From an uncultured Alphaproteobacteria bacterium (lineage in GTDB: Bacteria; Pseudomonadota; Alphaproteobacteria; RF32; CAG-239): a DNA stretch of 64,000 nt. Below are positions 19,019 to 29,498 of the stretch, piece after piece. The DNA is taken from positions 18,479 through 82,478 of the forward strand of contig CABQIK010000004.1 in the NCBI GenBank assembly GCA_902464275.1, read 5' to 3'. A program made the translations under genes and the position numbers. The number at the start of each line of letters is the position of its first letter. Within the stretch, counting starts at the first letter, position 1. The notes beneath the pieces are model-generated. The model was not told the origin of the DNA. It made no database searches and saw only the letters and a list, made by a program, of their open reading frames with translations.

Positions 19019-21262
19019 TCAGATTGCAATACCATGATCATGCGCGTAGGCAGATAATTGCGGGCGCAAAGATCGTTTGGGTGATTTTAACAGAGTTTGC
19101 ACGTAATCAGTAATATCCTGAACTCGCAGGGTGCGAATCATATTTTTAACATTGCCGAAAGCGGAGCCGGTCATGGAAAGCCTTCGGAAACCTAAACCTA
19201 TCAACACCATTGCTTCTATCGGAGTGCCGGCCATTTCGCCGCATACCGAACACGGAACGCCGGCGGCATCGGCCTTGGTTACTATTTGTTTTAAGGCGCG
19301 CAAAAACGGAGCCGATAAAACATCATAACGGTCGGTAATGCGCGGATTGCCGCGGTCGCATGCAAACATAAATTGCGCCAAATCATTGGTGCCGATAGAA
19401 ATAAAATCGGCATATTTTAACACGTCGTCAAGCTGAAAAATAACCGATGGAACCTCAATCATTAACCCGACATTTATTTTAGAGGGCATCGGTTCGCCTT
19501 TTTTGCGCTCTTTTTCAACCTCAATCATTAAAGTTTCTTTGGCGTCTAAAAATTCTTCCAGACTGGAAATCATCGGGAACATAATGTTGAGTTCTTTGCC
19601 GGCGGTCACTCTTAAAAATGATTTGAGCTGTTGACGCAAAATGGCGCGGCGATCAAGCGTAATGCGGATTGAGCGCCAACCGATAGCCGGATTATTTTCT
19701 TTCATATCGCCCCAATACGGCAAAAGTTTGTCAGAACCGACATCTAAACTGCGGAAGATAACTTTTTTATTACCGGCTTTAGACACGAGTTTTTGATAAA
19801 AGTTTATCTGTTGGGCAACATCGGGCATAGTTTCAGACGACATAAACGGAATTTCGGTACGGTATAAACCGATGCCGTCGCATTTAGTGGAATCTATGTA
19901 ATCAAAGTCAAAATCAAGCCCGACATTAAGGTTTAAGCTGATACGAAGACCGTCAAGGGTTTTATTGGAAAAGCGACGCAATTTTTTTAATTGTTCAAGC
20001 AATATTGCCATATTTTTTTGCTGAGATTTAAATTTTTGCACAATGTCGTCGGGAGGATTGATGTAAACAAAGCCTTCTTTACCGTCTATACCAAGCAGTT
20101 CGCCATCTTTAACGTCTTTGAAAATACCGTTGATTTTGGCGATGACCGGTATGTTTAAGGCTTTGGCGACAATAGATACGTGCATGGTCGGAGTGCCGTC
20201 TTCTAAAACAAGACCGCGAATTTTTTTGTAATCGTAATCCATTAAGTCAGCCGGACCCATGGTTTGTGCCACAATGATGATGTCTTTTTCATTGTTTATT
20301 CGGTTTAATTTTTTTTCATCGCCGCTTAAAAACATACGCAGGCGGTCGGCAATATCGCGGAGGTCATGTAAACGCTCTTTTAAGTAAATGTCGCTGCTTC
20401 CGGAGAGCCGGTTCCACATATCCTCATAGGCACGTTCTACCGCGGCTTCAGCAGTCAGACCGCCGGAAATGTTATCTGATATTTTGCGATACCAACCTTT
20501 ATCGCGCGCAAACATGCGGTAAGTTTCCAAGATGTCGGTATGTTCGCCTATACCGAGTTGCGTCGCATTGAATTTTTCATCAAGGCTTTTGTTCATTTTT
20601 TCTTTGGCGTCATCAAGGCGAGCAAGCTCTTTGTTGACATCCTCGGCAAAAATTTCGGTAACGGCTTGGCGGCGGCGGTGCACAACCGCGTTGCCGATGC
20701 CGTATCCTTTGTTTAACACCATGCCTTTAAGATGATCTTTAAGCTTTAAACCGCGCGATTTAACCAACTTTTTTTTGTAGGCTATCATTTCTTCCGATGA
20801 AAGGGCGGCAGTTAAAAACATGGCGATGGTTTCAAGCGCTTCATTATCAGTCTGCGAATAAGCATGAGGTTTTTTGTGAGCGATTACGATAGTTCCGTAG
20901 GTGCGGCTCCAACGCAATAACGGAGCGCCGAGAGCCGATTTAAATATACGTTCATTTTTGACAGCCGGCGGCTCATTGTTTTCAGAATAAGATAAAGTTT
21001 GGCGGGTGGCGGCAATTTCACCTATAAATCCTTCGCCGTAACGAATATGATGTTTGTATTGCTTTTCAACTAATCCGGAGCCACATAAAAATTCCAGATA
21101 ATTGTCGTCAACCGTAACATAACAAACCGCTGCATCGGCATTAAAGCCGGCGGCCAGAATATGCATAAATTTTTCAAGACGCTCCGACGGGTCTTGATTT
21201 TCAGGAATAGCCTGAATTTGTTTCAGAATTTCCATTGCGGTGTTTTCAATGTTTGTTTGCAT
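19019..21262 (-). CDS. ptsP: phosphoenolpyruvate-protein phosphotransferase EI-Ntr with N-terminal GAF domain
   Basis: 747 aa; N-terminal GAF region, then the PEP-utilising enzyme regions with a predicted conserved His and TIM-barrel; the length matches PtsP. Confidence 0.85.
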   Translation of the reverse strand: MQTNIENTAMEILKQIQAIPENQDPSERLEKFMHILAAGFNADAAVCYVTVDDNYLEFLCGSGLVEKQYKHHIRYGEGFIGEIAATRQTLSYSENNEPPAVKNERIFKSALGAPLLRWSRTYGTIVIAHKKPHAYSQTDNEALETIAMFLTAALSSEEMIAYKKKLVKSRGLKLKDHLKGMVLNKGYGIGNAVVHRRRQAVTEIFAEDVNKELARLDDAKEKMNKSLDEKFNATQLGIGEHTDILETYRMFARDKGWYRKISDNISGGLTAEAAVERAYEDMWNRLSGSSDIYLKERLHDLRDIADRLRMFLSGDEKKLNRINNEKDIIIVAQTMGPADLMDYDYKKIRGLVLEDGTPTMHVSIVAKALNIPVIAKINGIFKDVKDGELLGIDGKEGFVYINPPDDIVQKFKSQQKNMAILLEQLKKLRRFSNKTLDGLRISLNLNVGLDFDFDYIDSTKCDGIGLYRTEIPFMSSETMPDVAQQINFYQKLVSKAGNKKVIFRSLDVGSDKLLPYWGDMKENNPAIGWRSIRITLDRRAILRQQLKSFLRVTAGKELNIMFPMISSLEEFLDAKETLMIEVEKERKKGEPMPSKINVGLMIEVPSVIFQLDDVLKYADFISIGTNDLAQFMFACDRGNPRITDRYDVLSAPFLRALKQIVTKADAAGVPCSVCGEMAGTPIEAMVLIGLGFRRLSMTGSAFGNVKNMIRTLRVQDITDYVQTLLKSPKRSLRPQLSAYAHDHGIAI

Positions 21263-21358
21263 CTTGCCTCTGATAAAAGAAAAATTATGCTTGTGCTTTA
21301 TTTATATTATTTATATTCTGTTTCAGCAAGCATAAATCTTAATTTATAAGGAGCAAAA

Positions 21359-21721
21359 ATGGCTAATAATTATAAACGCGGCGATAAAGATACTCGTCCG
21401 TGGGGAACGTGGGAAGTTTTGGATTGCGGCGAAACTTTTTGCGTTAAAAAAATTTGTGTTACTCCGCATAACAAACTTTCATTGCAATTACACCATCATC
21501 GCGGCGAGCACTGGATTATTGTAAAAGGCGAAGCCAGGGTTACTTTGGGTGAAGATATTTTGGTGCGTAAGCAAGACGAATCGGTTTATATTCCGGTAAA
21601 TACCAAGCACCGAATCCAAAACGACACCGAATCCGATGTTGAATTTATTGAAGTTCAGACAGGAGATAAGCTTGATGAAAACGATATTGTGAGATATGAA
21701 GATATTTATGGTCGCATTTAA
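21359..21721 (+). CDS. cupin-domain protein (mannose-6-phosphate isomerase type II C-terminal-like)
   Basis: 120 aa with a cupin motif pattern (HHHRGEHWIIVKG...). Confidence 0.6.
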   Translation: MANNYKRGDKDTRPWGTWEVLDCGETFCVKKICVTPHNKLSLQLHHHRGEHWIIVKGEARVTLGEDILVRKQDESVYIPVNTKHRIQNDTESDVEFIEVQTGDKLDENDIVRYEDIYGRI

Positions 21722-21730
21722 CGGGCTTTA

Positions 21731-21760
21731 AAACCGGAGAATTAAACCTCCGGTTTTTTA
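21731..21760 (+). terminator. intrinsic terminator
   Basis: aaaccggag...ctccggtttttt. Confidence 0.6.
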
Positions 21761-21858
21761 TTGTGCATAAGTTTGTTAAAAATTCATTTCATGGTTGCGA
21801 ATCTGAAAAAGTTAAATAATAGTTAATCTGAAAATTAACTTAATGTTAAGGATTTGAA

Positions 21859-22260
21859 ATGGATTTTGAAACAGATTATGTAACCGCGCAAAGCGATGAT
21901 ATTGTGATTTCAGCTTGTCAGGCGTTTTTGGAAGAAGACGATGAAAATGCTTGCGGTTATTATTTGCGGATTGAAAATAATTCAGATGAACGAATCCAAA
22001 TTTTGGGTAAAAATTTTAACATTACCGATGACCGCGGCAACAGCTATTATGATAATGCTCCTGGCTTTAAGGGCGAGTTGCCGGAGTTGGAACCGGGGGA
22101 ATATTTTGAGTTTTCAACCAGCGCTCCGATGTTTGCGGCGCAAGCGGTTTTGTACGGCAGTTTTCAAATTATAAAAGAACATCAAAACCAAATAAAAAGC
22201 ATTAAAATTCCGCCGGTATCATTAATCGGCAATACGGAAGTGTTTACAACGCTTAATTAA
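21859..22260 (+). CDS. apaG: ApaG (DUF525) protein
   Basis: 133 aa, ApaG fold signature (YYLRIEN…GEYFEF). Confidence 0.75.
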   Translation: MDFETDYVTAQSDDIVISACQAFLEEDDENACGYYLRIENNSDERIQILGKNFNITDDRGNSYYDNAPGFKGELPELEPGEYFEFSTSAPMFAAQAVLYGSFQIIKEHQNQIKSIKIPPVSLIGNTEVFTTLN

Positions 22261-22988
22261 AAAAGCTCTTGTTGCACGTTAGTGTTCAAAATTTTCATGG
22301 CTTCTTTTACAATCGGAACAGATATAGCCCTTTTGCATGAAAGCGAAATGGCGTCGGTTTCGGCCACCAGTTTTTGCGCATAAGAAAATGAGCGCTGCAT
22401 ATTTTGCACAATGTAATTTAACACTTCAGGCGATATAATTATTTGCCGGTCATTAAACAATTTTACGATTAATGCGGTGAGCATGGCATCATCAGGTTCA
22501 CCGATGGCAACACTCGGAATGGTGTTTAAGCGCGAGCGCAAATCGGGGAGCTTAAAATACATTCTGGCGGGCGATTGCTCGGCGGTAAATAATATGTAGC
22601 CTCCTTCGTTTTGGTATAAGTTAAACAAGTGAAATAAGGCTTCGTTATCGGCTTTCGGGGTTAGGTTTTCAACCACCAGACAAGGATTATCGCGGTGCAG
22701 TCGCTCCACATTGCGCGAATTGACCGCGGTTGCCTGAATAATTTGTACCGGAATCGGATGTTCGCAGCACGCGGCAACGCGCTCGGCAAAAACATGCGCC
22801 AGATGTGATTTTCCGCAGCCTTCAGGTCCGTATAAAACAATGGCAAAAAACGGCCAATTCGGCCACATTTCAATCATATTTAAGGCTTCGCGGTTGCAAT
22901 CAGCCACCATAAAATCATCACGCCCGAAATCGGTGCGAGGCTTAAATTTTAACGGAAACTGTTTTATTTTAAAATTTGCGGCGTTCAT
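22257..22988 (-). CDS. hda: DnaA-related AAA+ protein Hda/HdaA
   Basis: 243 aa; Walker A GPEGCGKSHLAH; DnaA domain III-like. Confidence 0.75.
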   Translation of the reverse strand: MNAANFKIKQFPLKFKPRTDFGRDDFMVADCNREALNMIEMWPNWPFFAIVLYGPEGCGKSHLAHVFAERVAACCEHPIPVQIIQATAVNSRNVERLHRDNPCLVVENLTPKADNEALFHLFNLYQNEGGYILFTAEQSPARMYFKLPDLRSRLNTIPSVAIGEPDDAMLTALIVKLFNDRQIIISPEVLNYIVQNMQRSFSYAQKLVAETDAISLSCKRAISVPIVKEAMKILNTNVQQELF

Positions 22989-22992
22989 TTTT

Positions 22993-25578
22993 TTAATCGT
23001 TCAACAACTCAAAAACTTTTTTGGTTAAGTCACCCAAGCTGTACGGCTTGGCAATAAATTTAAATTCTTCGGAGCCGTCCAATTTGCGGCGGGCAATTTC
23101 TTCAGAATAACCTGACGCTAAAATTATTTTTATATCAGGCAGCATTTGTTTAGCTTTTTTGGCCAAATCGGCGCCGTTCATTCCGGGCATAACCATATCG
23201 GTAATCATTAAATTAAATTGCTCGCCTTTGTTTAATAAGTCAAGCGCATTTTCGGCACAGTTACAGGGCGTAACCTCAAAGCCTTTGCGTTTTAAGGCTC
23301 TGAAGCCGAAAGCTCGGACCGAATCTTCATCTTCCACAAATAAAATTTTAACTTTTTGCGGATTGATGTTTTGTTCGCGATTGTGGTCAAGCGCCGAAAC
23401 GTTAAGTCCGAAAATTATTTTAGGAGCCTGTTGGGTTGACGAAGTTAATACCGGTATTTGATTATCGGGTTCTGGTACTGATTTTTCAGGTTCGTTGTCG
23501 GCATTTTCAAAACGCGGCAGATGAATTGAAAAAGTTGTGCCTTGGCCGACCGTGCTTTTAACTTTAATAAAGCCTTCGGTTTGGCGAACAATGCCGTAAA
23601 CCGTGGCCAGACCTAAACCGGTTCCGGAACCGACAATATTTTCTTTGGTGGAGAAAAACGGTTCAAAAATGCGGCTTAAATTTTCAGCAGGAATACCGCA
23701 ACCGGTATCTGACACATCAATAACCACAAAGTCACCGGCGTCAATGGTATCGCCGCCGAATAAATATGGTTCGTTTAGGGTTTCGGTATGGGTTGAAATT
23801 TTTAAAGTGCCTTTGCCCTGCATGGCATCGCGGGCGTTAACCGCTAAATTTAAGATTACCTGTTCAAGCCGAACTCTGTCAACTTTAACATAACCTAAGT
23901 CAGAGCCGTGATAAAATTCAAGTTTTATGTTTTCGCCTAAAGTGCGTTTTAACAGCGGGCTGAAATCGGTTAAACTTTCGGTGATGTCGGTTTTTTTAGG
24001 AGTTAACGACTGCTTGCGTGAAAAAGCCAAAAGCTGGCTGACTAAGGCGGCGGCGCGGTTGGCATTTTGCTTAATCTGGGAAAGGTCGGCAAAGGAGGGG
24101 TCGCCGACGCCGTGGCGTTGCAGTAATAAATCACAAAAGCCTATCATGGCGGTGAGCAAGTTGTTAAAATCATGCGCAATGCCGCCGGCAAGTTGACCCA
24201 TAGCCTGCATTTTTTGAGCTTGCGCGAATCGTTGCTCTAAGTTTTTTTGCTCGGTGGTATCGGTAATGTATAAAATAAGCCCGTCAATAGTTTCTTTTTC
24301 AGAAAGAATACGGCGCTGCGGGGTGATAAAAATATGAACGCTTTTGCCGGATTTTAAGGAAGCTTCCGTTTGAACAAGTTCACGGTTTTGCGGGTCTTTG
24401 GCAAATCGGGTGTATTCGGTTTGCAAAAAAGATATTGTTTCGGCAGGCAATAATGAAGCAATGCTAAGTTTTTCTTTACTGTCAGGGTCGGTTGCTAAAA
24501 TTTCATGAGCTTTGGCGTTGGCTGAAATAATGTTATTGTTGGGGTCGCTGAACACAATTCCGCAAGGCGCTGAGTTGAACAACCAATCGGCTTTATCGGT
24601 GATGTAGTTGAGTTGCTCGCGTAAATCGGCGTCATTGGGCAGATTTTTTAAGGTAATGCCTCTGATTTTAATTTTGTCATCATCTTTAAAGTTGTTTTGC
24701 ATTACGTAAATTTGCGCGGTTTCGTCAGTTTCGGTTTTAAACAACCCGAATCCGACAAACGAAGGCTTGCGCGAGTTTAAAATACCGGTATCGTGCACAA
24801 GAAGGTCTTTTAATGACTTGCCGACCAAATTTTCTTTAAGCGATAACAGCTGAGCGGCAAAAGTTTCGTTTACGTATTCAAGATTGTGGTCCGAATCGGC
24901 AATATAAATGCCGACCGGCATTTGATTAATAAAAGTATGAAGTTTTTTGCGCTCTTCTTCAAAAGTTTTTTCCATGTTTTGAGCGGCGGTAATATCTTTG
25001 AGCGACCAAAAAAAGTAGGTTTCTTTTTCAATTTTTTTAATGGAAAATTCTTCTTCAAAAATATCGGTCTTTTTTAAATAAACCGGCTTAACGGTAATGT
25101 TATACCATTTTTCTTTACTGTCTGAGCGCAAAGATAAAATTACGGTTTCGGTTTTAAGACTTTTGAGCGCAAGTTGCAGGCGCTGAAAGTTAAGCAGGTT
25201 TTGGCGCTCGTCAACCAAATCGGCCTGCAGTTTTTCCATAATGCCGGAAGCGCCGAAAAATTGTTTGGCCGGATTGTTTTCAATAATCGGCTCGCCGCTG
25301 CGGTTGTCTATGCGGTTGATAATTTCGCGACTGCTTAAAATTTCGTTGGCGAATCCGCCGTAGGTAATGGCTTCTTCGCTTGCCTTCATAATTTTGATGG
25401 AAATACAGATACAAATTATGGTAATCAGCAAAATCAGCAAAATGATGTATACCGAATATTGCGGATAAATAAACAACATTAACAAGCTGATTGCTAAAGA
25501 TACAATAACGTATACTAAAGCGCTCAACGCTTTTTCAAGTTGTCGGTCAGGACGATTAATGTTGTTTTTACTTAACAT
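22993..25578 (-). CDS. cckA: hybrid sensor histidine kinase/response regulator (CckA-like)
   Basis: N-terminal TM helices, PAS repeats, H-box GGIAHDFNNLL, HATPase_c, C-terminal receiver (FVEDEDSVR…D). It is adjacent to hda. The cckA assignment is an inference from domain order and the alphaproteobacterial context. Confidence 0.75.
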   Translation of the reverse strand: MLSKNNINRPDRQLEKALSALVYVIVSLAISLLMLFIYPQYSVYIILLILLITIICICISIKIMKASEEAITYGGFANEILSSREIINRIDNRSGEPIIENNPAKQFFGASGIMEKLQADLVDERQNLLNFQRLQLALKSLKTETVILSLRSDSKEKWYNITVKPVYLKKTDIFEEEFSIKKIEKETYFFWSLKDITAAQNMEKTFEEERKKLHTFINQMPVGIYIADSDHNLEYVNETFAAQLLSLKENLVGKSLKDLLVHDTGILNSRKPSFVGFGLFKTETDETAQIYVMQNNFKDDDKIKIRGITLKNLPNDADLREQLNYITDKADWLFNSAPCGIVFSDPNNNIISANAKAHEILATDPDSKEKLSIASLLPAETISFLQTEYTRFAKDPQNRELVQTEASLKSGKSVHIFITPQRRILSEKETIDGLILYITDTTEQKNLEQRFAQAQKMQAMGQLAGGIAHDFNNLLTAMIGFCDLLLQRHGVGDPSFADLSQIKQNANRAAALVSQLLAFSRKQSLTPKKTDITESLTDFSPLLKRTLGENIKLEFYHGSDLGYVKVDRVRLEQVILNLAVNARDAMQGKGTLKISTHTETLNEPYLFGGDTIDAGDFVVIDVSDTGCGIPAENLSRIFEPFFSTKENIVGSGTGLGLATVYGIVRQTEGFIKVKSTVGQGTTFSIHLPRFENADNEPEKSVPEPDNQIPVLTSSTQQAPKIIFGLNVSALDHNREQNINPQKVKILFVEDEDSVRAFGFRALKRKGFEVTPCNCAENALDLLNKGEQFNLMITDMVMPGMNGADLAKKAKQMLPDIKIILASGYSEEIARRKLDGSEEFKFIAKPYSLGDLTKKVFELLND

Positions 25579-25638
25579 CTGTGAACTTTCAGGAGCTATC
25601 GGGCAGCCTGATTGCAGACCGCCCGATATAAAGTTATA

Positions 25639-27258
25639 TTAAGTTGTAACATCAGCTTTGGTTTTGCCGGTGCGTTTGCTGATTTCGGCAATATCTGAAG
25701 CAATTTGCGCAATCGGTTTTAACATGGCAAGCGGTTCGGCGTTTAAGTTTTCGGTTTCATAGGCTTCAAGGTAAACGCGCAGAGTGGCGCCGTTGGTGCC
25801 GGTGCCGGATAAGCGGTAAACTATGCGGGAGCCGTCGGTAAAGCGCACAATTAAACCGTTTTTGGTGGAGCTGCCGTCAACAGGGTCATTATATACAAAC
25901 GGAGCGGCGTCTGAAACTTTATAATTGCCGAAAGTTTTGCCGTTTAAGCTCGGCAATTTGGCTTCTAAATCAGCCATGAGCTTGTCGGCAACGGCGGTGT
26001 CAATGCCTTCATAGTCAAAGCGCAAATAATAGCTGCGGCCGTATTTTTTCCAAAAGTCGCGGGTTATCTGCTCAACCGATTTTCCGGTGGCGGCAATAAT
26101 GTTTAACCAGAATAAAACCGCCCAAATGCCGTCTTTTTCACGGATATGGCTGGAGCCGGTGCCGAAACTTTCCTCGCCGCAAAATGTGATGCGGTTGGAA
26201 TCCATAAGGTTGCAAAAATATTTCCAACCGGTAGGAACTTCATAATAGCCGATGTTTAAGGCTTTAGCCACGCGGGATACGGCGGTTGACGTTGCGGCGG
26301 ATTTAGCCACGCCGTAAATACCGTTTTTATAGGCAGGAATATATTTGTAGTTATCGGTTAAAATAGCAAGACTGTCGCTCGGGGTAACAAAAAATTTGTG
26401 ACCCAAAATCATGTTGCGGTCGCCGTCACCATCATTAGCGGCGCCAAAGTCAGGGCCGTTATCGGAATACATAAAGTCAACCAGATTTTTGGCGTAAATT
26501 AAGTTCGGGTCAGGGTGCAGGCCGCCAAAATCAGGCTTGGGAATAAAGTTACGGACAGAACCTTTGGGCGCGCCTAAAACTTCTTCAAAAATTTTAAGAG
26601 CGTACGGACCGGTAACGGCGTTCATGGCGTCAAACACCATGGTAAAGCCGCCGGCAAAAAGTTTTTTAATGGCGGCAAAGTCAAAAATGCTTTCCATCAT
26701 TTCAGTATAAACGCTAATCGGGTCAATAACTTCAATTTCCATATCGCCGAGTTTTTGCGTGCCTAAATTTTGCAGATTGACATCAGGGGCGTCATAAATT
26801 TTGAAAGCGGAAATTTCTTTGGTGCGGGCGTAAATGGCATCGCTGATTTGGGAAGAGCATTGTCCGCCGCTTTTGGTGGCGTATTTAATGCCGAAGTCGC
26901 CGTTTTCACCGCCGGGGTTGTGCGAGGCGGAAAGTACCAAACCGCCGTCAGCGTGGTTTTTTAATAAAACTTTGGACGAAGCGGGAGTTGAAATCATGCC
27001 GTTTTGGCCGACAATTAATTTTTTCATACCGTTGGCAGCGGCAATTTTGATAATTTTTTGAATGGCAATATCGTTGTAATAACGTCCGTCACCGCCTAAA
27101 ACAAAGGTTTGTCCTTTTACGCCGCCGATGGCGTCAAATAAGCTTTGAATAAAGTTTTCAAGATAGTTCGGTTGGGAAACGATTTTAGATTTTTTACGAA
27201 TACCGGCTGTTCCCATTTTTTGGTCGGTATAAGGCGTTGTCGCAATAGTTTTTATCAT
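25639..27258 (-). CDS. pgm: phosphoglucomutase (alpha-D-glucose phosphate-specific)
   Basis: Active-site SASHNPGG, metal loop DGDGDR, 539 aa. Confidence 0.85.
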   Translation of the reverse strand: MIKTIATTPYTDQKMGTAGIRKKSKIVSQPNYLENFIQSLFDAIGGVKGQTFVLGGDGRYYNDIAIQKIIKIAAANGMKKLIVGQNGMISTPASSKVLLKNHADGGLVLSASHNPGGENGDFGIKYATKSGGQCSSQISDAIYARTKEISAFKIYDAPDVNLQNLGTQKLGDMEIEVIDPISVYTEMMESIFDFAAIKKLFAGGFTMVFDAMNAVTGPYALKIFEEVLGAPKGSVRNFIPKPDFGGLHPDPNLIYAKNLVDFMYSDNGPDFGAANDGDGDRNMILGHKFFVTPSDSLAILTDNYKYIPAYKNGIYGVAKSAATSTAVSRVAKALNIGYYEVPTGWKYFCNLMDSNRITFCGEESFGTGSSHIREKDGIWAVLFWLNIIAATGKSVEQITRDFWKKYGRSYYLRFDYEGIDTAVADKLMADLEAKLPSLNGKTFGNYKVSDAAPFVYNDPVDGSSTKNGLIVRFTDGSRIVYRLSGTGTNGATLRVYLEAYETENLNAEPLAMLKPIAQIASDIAEISKRTGKTKADVTT

Positions 27259-27336
27259 GTTCCTATTCCTTTTAACGTTAATAATACCCTGATAGAAGAT
27301 ATAATGCCTTAAAAGATTTTACAGGTAAAGCAAAAT

Positions 27337-28008
27337 TTATTTGTTCTGCCATATAAAATCAGTAAGTTTTTTTAAATTGCGGCGCGCGTATAAATCCGGC
27401 AGGTCAAACAAGGTTTTAAACTCCGGCAGGTCTTTATCGGAAACGGTTATGCCTTTTTGCAGGCCGTCTGTGTATTCGGCGCGCCAATGCAAAGCGGGAG
27501 CAATGGTAAAGCCTAAAAATTTGCCGATGGTTTTAAGTTGCTGCAAGCTAGCCTCTGAGTAGTTGTCATTAGGGCAGACAACCCAACGAAAAGAGTTTTT
27601 TCCGGCGGCGGCGCGCTGTTTTTTGGCTTCCCAGATAAGAGAGGCAAAAAGACTGTTTTTGGCGGTTAAGTTTTGCAAAGCTTCCTCACCGCGAAGCATG
27701 GTGAGCACAATATCGGCAGATTGAAAATAATCGGCATCGGGCGAATCTAAAATTACGGCGTCATATTGCGGGCTGATTTCAGATAATATGCCTTTTTTTA
27801 AGGAATAATATTGCGGAATCGGCAAGTTATGATGTTTGCCCATGTTAAGAGTGTAACGTTTGGCAACAAACATAGCGAGCGGACTGTTATTAACGTTGTC
27901 AAGCACGGCGGTTTTGTAGTCTTTGGCGAGCATAACTGCCAAATGGGCGGTAAATAAAGTTTTGCCGGTTTGGGTGTTGGAGCTGTTAATAACAATAATC
28001 TGGGCCAT
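27337..28008 (-). CDS. ParA/MinD-like P-loop NTPase (divergent)
   Basis: N-terminal NSSNTQTGKT deviant Walker A; 223 aa. Confidence 0.5.
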   Translation of the reverse strand: MAQIIVINSSNTQTGKTLFTAHLAVMLAKDYKTAVLDNVNNSPLAMFVAKRYTLNMGKHHNLPIPQYYSLKKGILSEISPQYDAVILDSPDADYFQSADIVLTMLRGEEALQNLTAKNSLFASLIWEAKKQRAAAGKNSFRWVVCPNDNYSEASLQQLKTIGKFLGFTIAPALHWRAEYTDGLQKGITVSDKDLPEFKTLFDLPDLYARRNLKKLTDFIWQNK

Positions 28009-28010
28009 GA

Positions 28011-29186
28011 TTAATTCTGCGCATAAGCTGAGTTAGGTGTAAAAGTGGTTACCATGCAGGCTTGATTGCCGCGTTTCAAGGCAGCGCAAGCGCGGGAAGC
28101 GTCGGCTTTGGCTAAGCCGATGAGTTTGGAGCGATAAATGGTTTTGCCGCCGGTTGTAACTTTTTCAATATGCGAGCCGCGAATGGCAAATTTACCGGCA
28201 AGTTTGTTTTTTATTTTTTGCGCGTGAGTCTGAGCCTTGGTATAAGAGCCGAAGGAGCCGATTTGAATTGCCCAGTTGCCGCTTTTTGAAGTTTTGGAAG
28301 CATAAGATTTAGTTGCGGTTTTAACTGATTTGGTTTGCGGCGCAGCTGTATCAATTTCAGTATGCAGACGGTTGTAGTCAATTAAAGAAGAAAGTTCCAT
28401 ATTACCCAAGGCCTTATCCATCATGGCATAAACTTTTTTGTCGCGTTCGGCGGAAAAATCATGCCCCATGGTAACGGCAATAACGCGATGATTGCCGCGG
28501 CGGGCAGAAGTTACAATGTTATAACCGGAAGCGGCGGTATAGCCGGTTTTAAGACCGTCGGCGCCGTCAAAATCTTTTAGCAGGTCATTATGCGATTTAT
28601 AAGTGCGGCCGTCATATTCAAATTGCGGAATTGAAAACCAAGAGTAATATTGCGGAAAATGGTGATATAATGCCGCCGCCAAAATTGCCATATCGCGAGC
28701 GGTGGTTTTTTGCTGAGAGTTCGGTAAGCCGGAAGCGTTTTTAAAAGTGGTGTCCTTCATGCCGAGTTCATGGGCGGTTTCAGTCATTAATACGGCAAAA
28801 GATTTTTCATCTTTAGCAAGGGACTCGCCTAAAACCGTGGCGCAATCATTGGCTGATTTAATGATGGTGGCTAAAATGGCGGTGCGAACATCAATGGTTT
28901 TGCCGGGAGTTAAGCCCAGGCGCGAAGGAGAGCGGTTGGCGGCGTTGCGCGAGACTTTTAAGTTGTCATCAAGGCTTAAAGTTCCGTTTTCAAGCGCGTT
29001 GAAGGTTATGTATAAAGTCATTAACTTGGTTAAAGAGGCGGGGTAGCGCAAGGCGTTGGCATTGTCGGCGTACAGAACGCTGCCGCTTTGCGCGTCAATT
29101 AAAATGGAAGAAGTTGCGGCTTGAGTTTTAGCGGCGCAAAAGCTTAAAAGAGCCAAAACAACAAAAAATAACTTAACACATTTCAT
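28011..29186 (-). CDS. D-alanyl-D-alanine carboxypeptidase (PBP5/6-like) with C-terminal SPOR domain
   Basis: Signal peptide; SLTK (SxxK), SAN and KTG motifs; C-terminal SPOR-like repeat (WAIQIGSF…ACAALK). Confidence 0.8.
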   Translation of the reverse strand: MKCVKLFFVVLALLSFCAAKTQAATSSILIDAQSGSVLYADNANALRYPASLTKLMTLYITFNALENGTLSLDDNLKVSRNAANRSPSRLGLTPGKTIDVRTAILATIIKSANDCATVLGESLAKDEKSFAVLMTETAHELGMKDTTFKNASGLPNSQQKTTARDMAILAAALYHHFPQYYSWFSIPQFEYDGRTYKSHNDLLKDFDGADGLKTGYTAASGYNIVTSARRGNHRVIAVTMGHDFSAERDKKVYAMMDKALGNMELSSLIDYNRLHTEIDTAAPQTKSVKTATKSYASKTSKSGNWAIQIGSFGSYTKAQTHAQKIKNKLAGKFAIRGSHIEKVTTGGKTIYRSKLIGLAKADASRACAALKRGNQACMVTTFTPNSAYAQN

Positions 29187-29356
29187 AATTTTTTATCTCA
29201 TAGTTTAATTGGTTAATTGTTTAGGTGTAAAATAAGGCTAAAAGTCAAACAAAGAGTTAATGATTGCGAAAATTTTATGATGTTTTGATAAATTTTTGAA
29301 AGCGGTGATAATTTTTATTGACTTTTGCGGCGAATGTTAGTAAAAGACCAGTTGAC

Positions 29357-29433
29357 GGCGGACGTAGCTCAGTTGGTAGAGCCCCGGTTTGTGGTACCGG
29401 TTGTCGTGAGTTCGAGCCTCATCGTCCGCCCCA
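29357..29433 (+). tRNA. tRNA-His (anticodon GTG) with encoded G-1 and CCA
   Basis: Hand-folded cloverleaf: acceptor GCGGACG/CGTCCGC, D-stem GCTC/GAGC, anticodon stem CCGGT/ACCGG with loop TTGTGGT, T-loop TTCGAGC. An extra 5' G pairs with the discriminator C. Confidence 0.75.
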
Positions 29434-29440
29434 ATAAATA

Positions 29441-29466
29441 AGCCGCCGCAAGGCGGTTTTTTTATT
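29441..29466 (+). terminator. intrinsic terminator after tRNA-His
   Basis: agccgcc gcaa ggcggtt plus T8. Confidence 0.6.
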
Positions 29467-29498
29467 GGGAAAAAGCGGGTTTTGTGTTTAAAACGCGG

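Noticed and set aside
25602-25634. Hairpin tatcgggc…gcccgata between pgm and the histidine kinase
   Set aside because: No T-run on either strand, so it is not called as a terminator.
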